Source: Syntrophales bacterium (GTDB lineage Bacteria > Desulfobacterota > Syntrophia > Syntrophales > UBA6807). Taken from it: 64,000 bases of DNA. Where the stretch lies: positions 1-64,000 of the forward strand of contig JAXGPA010000007.1 in assembly GCA_040767195.1 (NCBI GenBank). Reading direction: 5' to 3'. Shown here piece by piece: positions 40,197-49,514 of the stretch (position 1 is the stretch's first letter; every line of letters begins with the position of its first letter). The translations under genes were made by a program, and so were the position numbers. A model generated the notes under the pieces. That model was not told where the DNA came from. It searched no databases and was given only the letters and a program-made list of their open reading frames with translations.

Positions 40197-40336
40197 AATA
40201 CCTCCCTCTCTGCGGCTGTCCTTGCCTCGTTGCCCTCCGGGAAGGAAAAGGGCTCATCGGGGTATCTTTCCCTTAATCTTTCCGGGGGATAAACATATAT
40301 TATGCTCCAAAAAACATAACTCTGAATCAAGGGCGT

Positions 40337-40365
40337 TTAATAATGAAAAAAAGGCACCCTGTCAA
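40337..40365 (-). promoter_or_regulatory. Putative sigma70 promoter of the hydrogenase operon
   Basis: Minus-strand TTGACA-N17-TATTAA. Confidence 0.5.
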
Positions 40366-40452
40366 GTTCTTATTACGCCCCCCCCCGGACCTGTCGTCAC
40401 CAGGGGTTTTTTTCCGAAAACCCGTGTCTGTCCTTCCTGTCGAAAGGGATGC

Positions 40453-40469
40453 AGCAAAAGCTGTGCCTG
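40453..40469 (-). promoter_or_regulatory. Putative sigma54 (-24/-12) promoter facing the hydrogenase operon
   Basis: Minus strand CAGGCACAGCTTTTGCT has GG and GC at canonical sigma54 spacing. Confidence 0.55.
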
Positions 40470-40688
40470 GTGTTATCATCTTGATATCACGCGAAATAAT
40501 GAGAGTCAGCGGGATCCCCTGTCCCCCCGGTTGCCGTTTTCTGTTGGCGGTCCGTTGGCACCCCGTTCTTCCCGGCGAACCCGCCCATGGGGAAAATAAA
40601 AAAACAGCTGGACGGAAACAAAAAAAATCGCTATAAAATCTAGATAGTTCTTGCGTGGTCACAGGAAAGGCAAAAAACGTCCGGTGAG

Positions 40689-41294
40689 ATGATCATGACC
40701 CCGATTCGAGTCCTTGCCATCGCCCTCCTTGCAGCGGTCCTGTTCGCGGTTCCCCCGCCGGCCTCCGGGGATATCTACATGTACGTCGACAAGGAGGGGG
40801 TGACCCATTTCACCAACACACCGGCCTCCGGGAAGTATCGCCTCTTCATCCGCGAGAAGCCGTCTAATCACGCGTCGCTGTTCACAGGCAGGGGGAGGGG
40901 GGCCGCCCACAACAGCCGGTACGATTCGCACATCCGGGAGGCGGCGGAAAGGCACGGCGTGGATTTCCCCCTTTTGAAGGCGATCATCAAGGTGGAGTCC
41001 GATTTCGATTCCCGGGCCGTTTCGGACAAGGGGGCCGTCGGCCTCATGCAGATCATGCCGGAGAATTTCGGTCATCTGAATCTCAGGAATCCCTACGACC
41101 CGGCAGAGAACATCATGGCGGGGACCCTCTTTTTCCGCAGGCTTCTCGACCGGTTCGGAGAATTGAAACTCGCCTTGGCGGCCTATAATTCAGGCCCGGA
41201 CCGCGTGGAGCGGTACCGATGCGTACCACCCATCCCGGAAACGGAGGCGTATGTCCGAAAAGTCATGAAATACTACACGTATTTCAAGAATTGA
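40689..41294 (+). CDS. Lytic transglycosylase (SLT) with N-terminal DUF4124
   Basis: 'DIYMYVDKEGVTHFTN', 'IIKVES', 'GAVGLMQIMP', 'ALAAYNSG', 'ETEAYV'. Confidence 0.92.
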   Translation: MIMTPIRVLAIALLAAVLFAVPPPASGDIYMYVDKEGVTHFTNTPASGKYRLFIREKPSNHASLFTGRGRGAAHNSRYDSHIREAAERHGVDFPLLKAIIKVESDFDSRAVSDKGAVGLMQIMPENFGHLNLRNPYDPAENIMAGTLFFRRLLDRFGELKLALAAYNSGPDRVERYRCVPPIPETEAYVRKVMKYYTYFKN

Positions 41295-41315
41295 CGGAAC
41301 AGGGCCTCCCGGAGA

Positions 41316-41341
41316 AAAACCGCCCCTTCCGGGGCGGTTTT
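41316..41341 (+). terminator. Rho-independent terminator
   Basis: AAAACCGCCCC-TTCC-GGGGCGGTTTT. Confidence 0.75.
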
Positions 41342-41412
41342 CGGAAACGGTTCACAGGTTTCGCTTTCACCCCTCCTGAACATTTATTATCGCGTCCACC
41401 CGGGAGTCGATC

Positions 41413-42201
41413 ATGAGAAAAGAAAAAGCCATGCTCAAATGCGGGGTGGCAGCCGCCCTTCTCGTCCTGCCGGCTCTTTTTCTGTGCGCGGCCGTCGTCC
41501 GGGCGGACGGGGAGAGCGCCTCGGAAATCGTTCATCGGGCGTTCAATTACATGCGCGGGAAAACCTCCGTCGCCACGGTGGAAATGACCATCCACCGCCC
41601 CGACTGGGAACGGTCCATGACCATCCGGGGCTGGACCCGGGGCGAGAAAGACAGTATCTTCTGGATTACCGAACCGCCCAAGGACCGGGGAAACGGCACC
41701 CTGAAAAAAGGAACGGAAATGTGGATGTACAACCCGAAGATCAACCGGGTCATCAAGGTCCCCCCCTCCATGATGAGCCAGTCCTGGATGGGGTCCGATT
41801 TCTCCAACAACGACCTGGCCCGGGCGGACAGCATCATCCGGGACTATGATCATTTCCTGGAGGAGACCCGGGTGGAAGAGGGGATGAAGGTCTATGCCAT
41901 ACGGTCCGTTCCCAGGCCGGGGGCCCCCGTCGTGTGGGGGATGGAACGGCTTCTCATCCGGGAGGACGGCATTTTCCTGAAAGAAATCTTCTACGACCAG
42001 GACGGGGAACCGGTCAAGATCCTGACAACGGACCGGATCGAACCCATGGGGGAAAGACTTTTCCCCGTTCTGTGGACCATGGCCCGGGCGGACAGGAAGG
42101 ACGAATACACGGTGGTGCGGTATGACCGCATCCGTTTCGACGTCGACATTCCCGAAGGTTTTTTTACCCTTTCGAACCTCCGGACCCCCCGGGGAGAGTG
42201 A
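41413..42201 (+). CDS. Outer-membrane lipoprotein-sorting protein (LolA-like)
   Basis: Signal peptide; 'PPKDRGNGTLK', 'WMYNPKINRVIK', 'SWMGSDFSNNDL', 'FTLSNL'. Confidence 0.88.
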   Translation: MRKEKAMLKCGVAAALLVLPALFLCAAVVRADGESASEIVHRAFNYMRGKTSVATVEMTIHRPDWERSMTIRGWTRGEKDSIFWITEPPKDRGNGTLKKGTEMWMYNPKINRVIKVPPSMMSQSWMGSDFSNNDLARADSIIRDYDHFLEETRVEEGMKVYAIRSVPRPGAPVVWGMERLLIREDGIFLKEIFYDQDGEPVKILTTDRIEPMGERLFPVLWTMARADRKDEYTVVRYDRIRFDVDIPEGFFTLSNLRTPRGE

Positions 42202-42204
42202 CCC

Positions 42205-43434
42205 GTGACCCTTCGCATTGCCTGGCGGAATCTCTGGCGGAACCCCCGCCGTTCCATTCTCACCATGACGGCCATCGCCTTCGCTTCCACCCTGCTCATT
42301 TTCATGCTTTCCTGGCAGTTCGGTTCCTACGAAACCATGATCAACGCTTCTGTGAAGATCCAGACCGGTCATCTCCAGGTCCAGGCTCCGGAGTACAACG
42401 AAGACAAGGACATGCGCCGGGTGGTGGAAAAGCCGGAAGAGATCGGGAAAAGGATTTCCACGCTGCCGGGGGTGGCGGCCCTGGCCTTCCGGGCCAACGG
42501 GTTCGTCCTCGCTTCCTCCCGGGACCGCACATACGGGGCTTTCGTCGTCGGTATCGAGCCGGAAAGGGAGGCGGCCCTCTCGACACTGAAAGGCATCATC
42601 CGCCAGGGGAGCTACCTGGCCGGGGAAGACGACGGTCAGGCCCTTCTGGGAGAACTCCTGGCGGCAAATCTCCAGGTGGGCCCGGGGGACGAACTGACGG
42701 TCATCGGCCAGGGCCGGGACGGCTCGGTGGCCGCCACGGTCCTCGTCGTCAAGGGCCTTTACCGTTCCGGCCAGGACGAATTCGACCGCTCCGCCATCCA
42801 CATCCCCCTTTCAACCTTCCAGGAGGTCTTTTCCATGCGGGGAAGCGTTCACGAGGTGGTCATCCTGGCCAACGCCCTCTCCCGGGTTCCGGAGGTCAAG
42901 AAAAAAGCGAGAGAGGTGCTCCGCGAGACGGGGCGCGACAACCTTGTTGTTCTCGACTGGCGGGAGCTCCTGCCGGGGCTTGTCCAGGCCATCCAGATGG
43001 ACCTGGTGAGCGGCTTCATTTTTTATGTCATTCTTGTCGTCGTCGTCGCTTTTTCCATCCTCAATACCTTTCTCATGGCCATCCTGGAGAGAACCCGGGA
43101 GTTCGGCGTGCTCCTGGCCATCGGCATGAAGCCGAAACGCCTCGTGAGGCTCGTGCTGGCCGAGTCGGCCGTTCTCACCTTCTTCGGAATCGCCGCGGGG
43201 ATCCTTTTCGGGGTTCTCCTGACGGGCTATTTCCAGGAGCACGGGATCTTCATCCCCGGTTCCACGGAAATTCTCCGCCAGTTCGGACTCCCGGAGCGGA
43301 TTTATCCCCGGCTTTCCGGACTTTCCGTGACCCTCGGTCCGGTTCTTGTTTTTCTCATCACCCTTTTGACGGCCCTTTATCCCGCCGGCCGGGTCAAGCG
43401 TCTTCGGGCCGTAGACGCCATGGCGGCGCCTTGA
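42205..43434 (+). CDS. ABC transporter permease (LolE/FtsX/MacB type)
   Basis: 'AWRNLWRNPRRS', large periplasmic loop, 'ERTREFGVLLAIG'. Confidence 0.92.
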   Translation: MTLRIAWRNLWRNPRRSILTMTAIAFASTLLIFMLSWQFGSYETMINASVKIQTGHLQVQAPEYNEDKDMRRVVEKPEEIGKRISTLPGVAALAFRANGFVLASSRDRTYGAFVVGIEPEREAALSTLKGIIRQGSYLAGEDDGQALLGELLAANLQVGPGDELTVIGQGRDGSVAATVLVVKGLYRSGQDEFDRSAIHIPLSTFQEVFSMRGSVHEVVILANALSRVPEVKKKAREVLRETGRDNLVVLDWRELLPGLVQAIQMDLVSGFIFYVILVVVVAFSILNTFLMAILERTREFGVLLAIGMKPKRLVRLVLAESAVLTFFGIAAGILFGVLLTGYFQEHGIFIPGSTEILRQFGLPERIYPRLSGLSVTLGPVLVFLITLLTALYPAGRVKRLRAVDAMAAP

Positions 43435-43447
43435 CAGGAGACGGGGA

Positions 43448-44671
43448 ATGATTCTGGAATTCGCCTGGCGTAATATCTGGAGAAACAGGAGACGGACGGC
43501 CATTATCCTCACCGCCGTCGTCATCGGGGTGTGGAGCATGATTTTTCTGGGGGCCCTCATGCGGGGCATCGCGGACCAGATGGTGCGAAACGGCATCGCC
43601 ACCCTGACGGGACACATCCAGGTTCACCAGAAGGGATTCCAAGCGGATCCTTCCATCGAAAACCGGATCCGCGAGCCCGGGGAGATACGCCATGTTCTCG
43701 AGGAAACGCTGCCGGCAAAAAGCCTGTGGACCGCCCGCGTGCGGGTTCCCGCCGTGGCGGCCAACGCCCGCCACTCGGCGGGGGTCACCCTGGTGGGCAT
43801 CGATCCCCCCGTAGAAAAAGACCTCTCTTTCATCGGACAGGCCGTCCGGTCCGGCCGCTATCTCGAAAAGGAAGACCCCCGGGGGATTCTTGTCGGGGAG
43901 GCCTTTCTCCACCAGTTCGAGACGAGAATCGGTCACCGCCTCGTTCTCATGTCCCAGGACACGGCGGGGGAAATCGCCTCCCGGTCCTTTACCATTGTGG
44001 GAATATTCCAGGGGGAAATGGAGTCGACGGAGAAGGCCTATGCCTTCGTGACCCGGGAGGCGGCGCGGGAGATGCTCAAAATGGATGGTGCCGTCTCGGA
44101 GTTCGCCATCCTTCTCCCGGAAGAGAAGGACGCCGGACCGTTGGCGGCGAGAATCCAAAACAGCCTGCCCCCGGATTCGTACGAGGTCCTCACGTGGCGG
44201 GACATGCTCCCCCTGGTGAGTGCCGTTCTCGCCCTCTATGATCAGTTCATCTTCCTGTGGTATGTCGTCGTTTTCATCGCCATGGGCTTCGGCCTCGTCA
44301 ACACCGTTCTCATGGCGGTCTATGAAAGGATGCGGGAATTCGGCCTCCTCAAGGCCCTGGGCATGAGACCCCTCAGGATCGTCGGGGATGTTCTCCTGGA
44401 GGCTTTCTTTATCCTTGTCATCGGGGTCCTGGCGGGCAATGTCCTGGGCATCCTGTCCGTCCTGGCCCTGAAGACCCGGGGTATCGACCTTTCCGCCGTG
44501 TCGGCCGGTTCCGAATTCGCCGGCCTGGGCCGGGTGATCTATCCGACCCTGGAATTGAGGGACATTCTTCTCGCCAACGGAGTGGTCCTCATCCTCGGCC
44601 TCGTCGTCAGCCTTTATCCCGCTCTCCGCGCGGCCCGGTTCACCCCTGTCGAGGCCCTGGCCAGAACCTGA
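43448..44671 (+). CDS. ABC transporter permease (LolE/FtsX/MacB type)
   Basis: 'AWRNIWRNRRRT', 'ERMREFGLLKALG', 'PVEALA'. Confidence 0.92.
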   Translation: MILEFAWRNIWRNRRRTAIILTAVVIGVWSMIFLGALMRGIADQMVRNGIATLTGHIQVHQKGFQADPSIENRIREPGEIRHVLEETLPAKSLWTARVRVPAVAANARHSAGVTLVGIDPPVEKDLSFIGQAVRSGRYLEKEDPRGILVGEAFLHQFETRIGHRLVLMSQDTAGEIASRSFTIVGIFQGEMESTEKAYAFVTREAAREMLKMDGAVSEFAILLPEEKDAGPLAARIQNSLPPDSYEVLTWRDMLPLVSAVLALYDQFIFLWYVVVFIAMGFGLVNTVLMAVYERMREFGLLKALGMRPLRIVGDVLLEAFFILVIGVLAGNVLGILSVLALKTRGIDLSAVSAGSEFAGLGRVIYPTLELRDILLANGVVLILGLVVSLYPALRAARFTPVEALART

Positions 44672-44693
44672 TTGAGGAGGAAAAGAATAATCC

Positions 44694-45380
44694 ATGAACA
44701 TGGTTGAATGCCGGGATGTAAAAAAAATCTACCGCCAGGGGAAAATGGAGGTGCAGGCCCTGCGGGGCGTCACCCTGTCCATCGAAAAGGGCGCGTTCAT
44801 GGCCCTGGCGGGGCCGTCGGGTTCCGGGAAAACCACCCTGCTCAACATCATCGGGGGCCTTGACACCGCCGATTCGGGAACTGTCGTCGTGGACGGTGAC
44901 ACCCTCGCCGAGATGGACCAGGGGGACCTTGCCGACATGCGCCTCCGAAAAGTCGGGTTCGTGTTCCAGTCCTACAACCTCATCCCCGTTCTTTCCGCCC
45001 GGGAGAACGTGGAATTCATCATGCTCCTCCAGGGCGTTTCTCCCCGTGAGCGGCGGGAAAGGGCCCTGTCCATTCTCGAAGAGGTGGGGCTTGCCGGCCT
45101 TCACGACCGCCGGCCGGCGGAGCTTTCGGGGGGACAGCAGCAACGGGTGGCCGTCGCCCGGGCCATCGTTTCCGGGCCTTCCATCGTCCTGGCCGACGAA
45201 CCCACGGCCAACCTGGACTCCCAGACGGGTTCGGACCTCCTCGACATGATGAAAAAAATGAACGAGGAAAAGAAGGTGACTTTCATTTTTTCCACCCACG
45301 ACCGGATGGTCATGGACTATGCCCGGCGCCTCGTGCTGATCCGGGACGGACAGGTGGACGGGGACCACCCTCGGGAATGA
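44694..45380 (+). CDS. ABC transporter ATP-binding protein (LolD-like)
   Basis: [26 protein letters not shown]. Confidence 0.94.
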   Translation: MNMVECRDVKKIYRQGKMEVQALRGVTLSIEKGAFMALAGPSGSGKTTLLNIIGGLDTADSGTVVVDGDTLAEMDQGDLADMRLRKVGFVFQSYNLIPVLSARENVEFIMLLQGVSPRERRERALSILEEVGLAGLHDRRPAELSGGQQQRVAVARAIVSGPSIVLADEPTANLDSQTGSDLLDMMKKMNEEKKVTFIFSTHDRMVMDYARRLVLIRDGQVDGDHPRE

Positions 45381-46762
45381 CGCTTCGTCTCTTTCACCGT
45401 TCCATGACCGTCTTCAGGGGACCGGGAGCGCCGTGGGCGCTGATTCTTCTGATCCTTCTGACCCCGTTCGTTTTCCCCGCCGGGCTTCCCGGGGGCGGCC
45501 GCGCCGGGGCGTCACAGGAGGAGGCGGGGGCCGGCTGGTCCCCGCCCGGGCGCTGGGGCGGGCACCTGAAACTCAAAGGGACATGGTCCCAGTCCCCCAC
45601 GGGCTCCCTCTATGATTTCCTGGGAGGCGGGTCGCTCCTGGACGGCGAGGGGAGCTTCCGCCTGAAAAACGACCTGGTGCCGGGAGAAGGGCTTCGCCTT
45701 GAAACCCACTACGAAATCGTCCTCCTTGGTGGCGACCGGTGGCGTAAAATAGCGGATCTCAAAAAAAGGTACCCTTTCCTGCCGGACCTGAAGGAATGGG
45801 GGATAGGGGGGACCGTCGAGGACGACAGGCGCCTGTTCGATTTCACGTCGACCCTGGAAGATCGGGACGACTACGGGCTTTACCACCGGCTGGACCGTTT
45901 CGTCCTGACCCTCTCCCGTCCCTGGGGGACTTTCCGGGCGGGACGGCAGGCGGTGACCTGGGGAAACGGGTTTCTCTTCAACCCCCTCGATCTCGTCAAT
46001 CCCTTCGCGCCTTCCGACATCGAACGGGAATACAAGATCGGCGATGACCTCGTGTCCTTCCAGCATCGTTTCGAAGGAGGCGGGGAAGGGTGGATCATCG
46101 TCGTTCCCCGGAGAAACCCCGGGACGGGAAGCCTTCTCTGGGAGCAATCCGCCCTGGCGGGGAAAATACACGTTGCCCTGGGAACGACGGAGATCGACGT
46201 CCTTCTGGCTAAAAACGGCGAGGACCGGGTTATCGGGATGGGAAGCTCCGGGTACCTGGGGCAGGCCGCCTGGCGGCTCGACGGCACCTGGACGGTCCCG
46301 GAGGGAGAGGACCCCGGCGGGGGGTACCTGTCCGTCGTCGCCAACATGGACTATTCCTGGGTATTCCTGGACCGGAACTTTTACGGCTTTCTCGAGGCCT
46401 TCTGGAATGGCCTGGGAACGGACGAATACGACGAGGTCCTGGAGGACAGCCGTGTCCGGGAGCGGCTGGCCCGGGGCGATCTTTTCACCCTCGGGAAGAC
46501 TTACCTGGCCGGTCATGTCCAGGTAGAACTCCACCCTCTCTGGAATTTTTACCTGACGGCCATCAACAACGTGGAAGATCCCTCGGGTCTCCTTCAGCCA
46601 CGGCTCGTCTGGGACGCCTCCTCTTCCCTTCGATTCACATTGGGGGGCACCCTTCCCTGGGGAGGGACGGGATCGGAATACGGCGGGTTCCCCATCCTGA
46701 ACGGTCTTTTGACCTACGGCCCGGAGGCCCAGGTGTTTCTCTGGGGGGCCTATTATTTCTGA
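45377..46762 (+). CDS. Putative outer-membrane beta-barrel protein
   Basis: Signal peptide, 'RLDR...RAGRQAVTWG...FNPLD', C-terminal aromatic 'AYYF'. Confidence 0.75.
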   Translation: MTLRLFHRSMTVFRGPGAPWALILLILLTPFVFPAGLPGGGRAGASQEEAGAGWSPPGRWGGHLKLKGTWSQSPTGSLYDFLGGGSLLDGEGSFRLKNDLVPGEGLRLETHYEIVLLGGDRWRKIADLKKRYPFLPDLKEWGIGGTVEDDRRLFDFTSTLEDRDDYGLYHRLDRFVLTLSRPWGTFRAGRQAVTWGNGFLFNPLDLVNPFAPSDIEREYKIGDDLVSFQHRFEGGGEGWIIVVPRRNPGTGSLLWEQSALAGKIHVALGTTEIDVLLAKNGEDRVIGMGSSGYLGQAAWRLDGTWTVPEGEDPGGGYLSVVANMDYSWVFLDRNFYGFLEAFWNGLGTDEYDEVLEDSRVRERLARGDLFTLGKTYLAGHVQVELHPLWNFYLTAINNVEDPSGLLQPRLVWDASSSLRFTLGGTLPWGGTGSEYGGFPILNGLLTYGPEAQVFLWGAYYF

Positions 46763-46819
46763 AACAGCTTGTTCGATTTCTTCGAGAAAAGACGGGTTTC
46801 GGGGAAGGGCGCGGTCGGG

Positions 46820-46860
46820 TCACAAAAAAAAGCGGCCCTTCCGGGCCGCTTTTTTTGTGA
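46820..46860. terminator. Bidirectional rho-independent terminator
   Basis: TCAC-A8-GCGGCCC-TTCC-GGGCCGC-T7-GTGA between convergent genes. Confidence 0.9.
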
Positions 46861-46890
46861 AAAACAGACTCTTCGGAGATAACCCGACCC

Positions 46891-48045
46891 TCAGCGTATC
46901 AGCGTGTCAATGAAACAGGTGCTGCCGCCGCCAGTGCCCCCGCTCCCCGCTTCGGCCCGCTTGATGGCGACGCCGAGGTCCATGGCGCCCTGCGTGTCGG
47001 ATCCCACGAAACTGATGAATGTTTTACCCACATCCATCTTGCCGGTGGGGATAGTTCCCGTTCCGCCGTCTCCGGCTTCGATGGTTGCCGTCACAAGGCC
47101 GTTTGCGCTTATGCCGGCCTGGCCCCCCGTGACGTCGACGGTCGCGCCGTCCGGGGCCGTGTATTTGCCTCCCGTCACGTTCCCGGCGTCGTCAACGGTG
47201 AAATTGCCATACAGCCAGTAACTGCCCGTTGCCGGGTTCGTTTCAAAGAGGTAGACATACCAGGTTCCTTCCAGGTCTTTGGTCGAGAAGCTTCCGCCAG
47301 CCTTGATGGCGACGGCAAGATCCTGGGAGTTCTGGGTGTCGATTCCGACCATGCTGATGACTGTTTTACCGGCGTCCATCTTGCCGTAGGGAAAATTGCC
47401 CGTGAGCCCTCCCTGGGCTACGACCGTTCCCGCCAGCAGGCCGTCAGCGTCCATGCTGACCTGGCCTCCCGTGACGTTGATGGTCGTGCCGTCGGCGGCC
47501 GTATAGCTTCCCCCGCTGAGGTTTCCTTCATCGTCGACAATTAAAGTGGCGTGTACCCAGTATGTTCCCGCTGCCGGGTTCGTCTCCATGAGGTAGGCGT
47601 ACCAGGTTCCTTCAATATCATCTGTCGAAAAAGATCCCCCGCCTTTGATGGCGATACCAAGGCCCATGGAATTCTGTGTGTCCGCACCCACGAAGCTGAT
47701 GACCGTTTTGCCGGCGTCCATCTTGCCGGAGGGAAAGGTTGTCGTCCCCGCGCCCTGCGATTCAATGGTCCCTGTCAAAAGACCGTCCCCGTCCAGGCTG
47801 GCCTGTCCTCCCGTGACGTTTACGGTCGTACCGTCGGCGGTCTTATACGTCCCACCGGTGATGTCGCCGTCATCATCGACGGTGAAATTGCCGTAGACCC
47901 AGAATGTTCCCGCCATGGGGTTTGTCTCCATGAAGTAGGCGTACCAGGTTCCTTCCAGGTCGCTTGTTTCGAATCCCTGTCCGAAACAGGGGGTCGTGAT
48001 AATGGTCAGGCAGAAAACAATACTGAAAAAAAGAAATCTTTTCAT
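46891..48045 (-). CDS. Exported protein with three tandem 114-aa beta-rich repeats and a CFI-box C-terminal motif
   Basis: Signal peptide; repeats beginning D(L/I)EGTWY recur every 342 nt (47257, 47599, 47941); ends GSGGTGGGSTCFIDTLIR; AGGAGG RBS. Confidence 0.85.
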   Translation of the reverse strand: MKRFLFFSIVFCLTIITTPCFGQGFETSDLEGTWYAYFMETNPMAGTFWVYGNFTVDDDGDITGGTYKTADGTTVNVTGGQASLDGDGLLTGTIESQGAGTTTFPSGKMDAGKTVISFVGADTQNSMGLGIAIKGGGSFSTDDIEGTWYAYLMETNPAAGTYWVHATLIVDDEGNLSGGSYTAADGTTINVTGGQVSMDADGLLAGTVVAQGGLTGNFPYGKMDAGKTVISMVGIDTQNSQDLAVAIKAGGSFSTKDLEGTWYVYLFETNPATGSYWLYGNFTVDDAGNVTGGKYTAPDGATVDVTGGQAGISANGLVTATIEAGDGGTGTIPTGKMDVGKTFISFVGSDTQGAMDLGVAIKRAEAGSGGTGGGSTCFIDTLIR

Positions 48046-48539
48046 GGCAGTTCCTCCTTTCTGTCCGATTATATGGGGTTAAAGGAAAACTGAAAGCCAA
48101 CGCGTTTATTTCAGGCTGTTTACAAAGGGTTTAAAAGGTTTTTTTCCGGTTTCGGGTGTTCTTTGTCCTGTCTTTCACACCCGGATGGTTTGACTGAAAC
48201 TGGATTGAAAAATAGGCTAACTTTTTGAATTAAAGGAACATTTTGAAAATTATAATGGACTTTACCAAAACTTTCAATGAAAAAGTCAATATTTATTCTT
48301 GGCTCGTAAAATCCCGTGTTTGTTACAGGTGAACTGTCCTTTTTGGGATGGACGTCTATGGATGTGACCGATGGGGTGCCGATTTCAGGGGTGAGGAATA
48401 GGATATTAAAGAAGTGTGTGAACCGTCATGATGATTATGGAGCATCACTTTTTCCGGACATGCTTTCTGGTCGCCCGGTTTTATCGCCGGTAACGGTTCG
48501 GCAGGGGCTTCCTCACGACAGATCGCGTGCAGGCCTCTT

Positions 48540-49496
48540 TCAGATGTCGTGCCGTTCCTGGAGAGAGGCCGGGACGCTTTCGTGATCGCCCTGAACCGTG
48601 GGCCCTGGCGGGACCGACGACAGAAGCGCCACGATGTCCTTTCCGAAACGCTTGAGCTGCCGGGAGGAGAGGATCCCCGTCCGGCCCAGGGCATGAAGGT
48701 CCGCCGGGAAATGACGGCAGAGGGCCATGAGGGCCTCGTCGGAGAGAATGAGAAACCGGGCCGTGTTTGTCTCCCGGGCCTTTTCGAAGCGCCAGAGGTA
48801 AAGGCGCTTCAGCCGCGCCTTTTCCCGGTCGTCAAGGTCGTCGAATCCCTCGAGTCTTCGGAACCCCCCGGGGTTGTAGCTTTTTTCCCGCCAGCGGATG
48901 CTTTCCAGGGACTGGAATGTTTCGCCGGCCTGCTCGAGAAGGCCCTGGTCTTCCAGTTCATTTTTCAGTCGCTCGTGGAGGTCGAAAAGAAGAAAGGCGT
49001 CGCGGGCGGCGTAGAGAAGCTGGTCTTCCGCGAGAGGGCGGGCTTCCCACTTGGACCGCTGCATCCTCTTGGACTTGGGGACGGTGAGGCCGAGATAAAC
49101 CTCGAGGAGATGGGCCAGGGAGAGAAAGGGGCAGCCCAGAACGGAAGCCGCCCGGTGGGTGTCGAAGATGTTCCGGAAGACGAACCCGAAATCCCGGTGA
49201 AAGAGACGGATGTCATTGTCCCCGGCGTGGAGGATTTTCAGGATGGCCGGGTCCCGGAACAGCTTCCCCAGAAAGCGGAGGTCGAGACCGGACAAGGGAT
49301 CGAAAAGATAGACGGTTTTTCCGTCGCAGACCTGGATGAGGCAGAGTTTCTCCCGAAAGTAACGCAGGGAATCGTATTCCGTGTCCACCGCGAGGGCCGT
49401 AGCGGCGGCAAGGGCCTCCCGTGACGCCTCGACCAGGTCTTCACTGTCGACCCAGAGCCAGGAGACGGGAGGCGACGCGCCGTTTCCGCTCGTCAT
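48540..49496 (-). CDS. rnd: Ribonuclease D-like 3'-5' exonuclease with HRDC domain
   Basis: 'AVDTE', 'LCLIQV', 'HAGDNDI', 'FDT', 'YAARDA', HRDC 'WRFEKARETN'. Confidence 0.88.
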   Translation of the reverse strand: MTSGNGASPPVSWLWVDSEDLVEASREALAAATALAVDTEYDSLRYFREKLCLIQVCDGKTVYLFDPLSGLDLRFLGKLFRDPAILKILHAGDNDIRLFHRDFGFVFRNIFDTHRAASVLGCPFLSLAHLLEVYLGLTVPKSKRMQRSKWEARPLAEDQLLYAARDAFLLFDLHERLKNELEDQGLLEQAGETFQSLESIRWREKSYNPGGFRRLEGFDDLDDREKARLKRLYLWRFEKARETNTARFLILSDEALMALCRHFPADLHALGRTGILSSRQLKRFGKDIVALLSSVPPGPTVQGDHESVPASLQERHDI

Positions 49497-49514
49497 GTTT
49501 TGACACCTTCCTGT

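Noticed and set aside
48130..48200. c-di-GMP-I riboswitch-like words (CAAACC...GAAA...GGAC.AAAG) on the minus strand upstream of the repeat protein
   Set aside because: Stem pairing and spacing do not fit; an Infernal search against RF01051 would be decisive.
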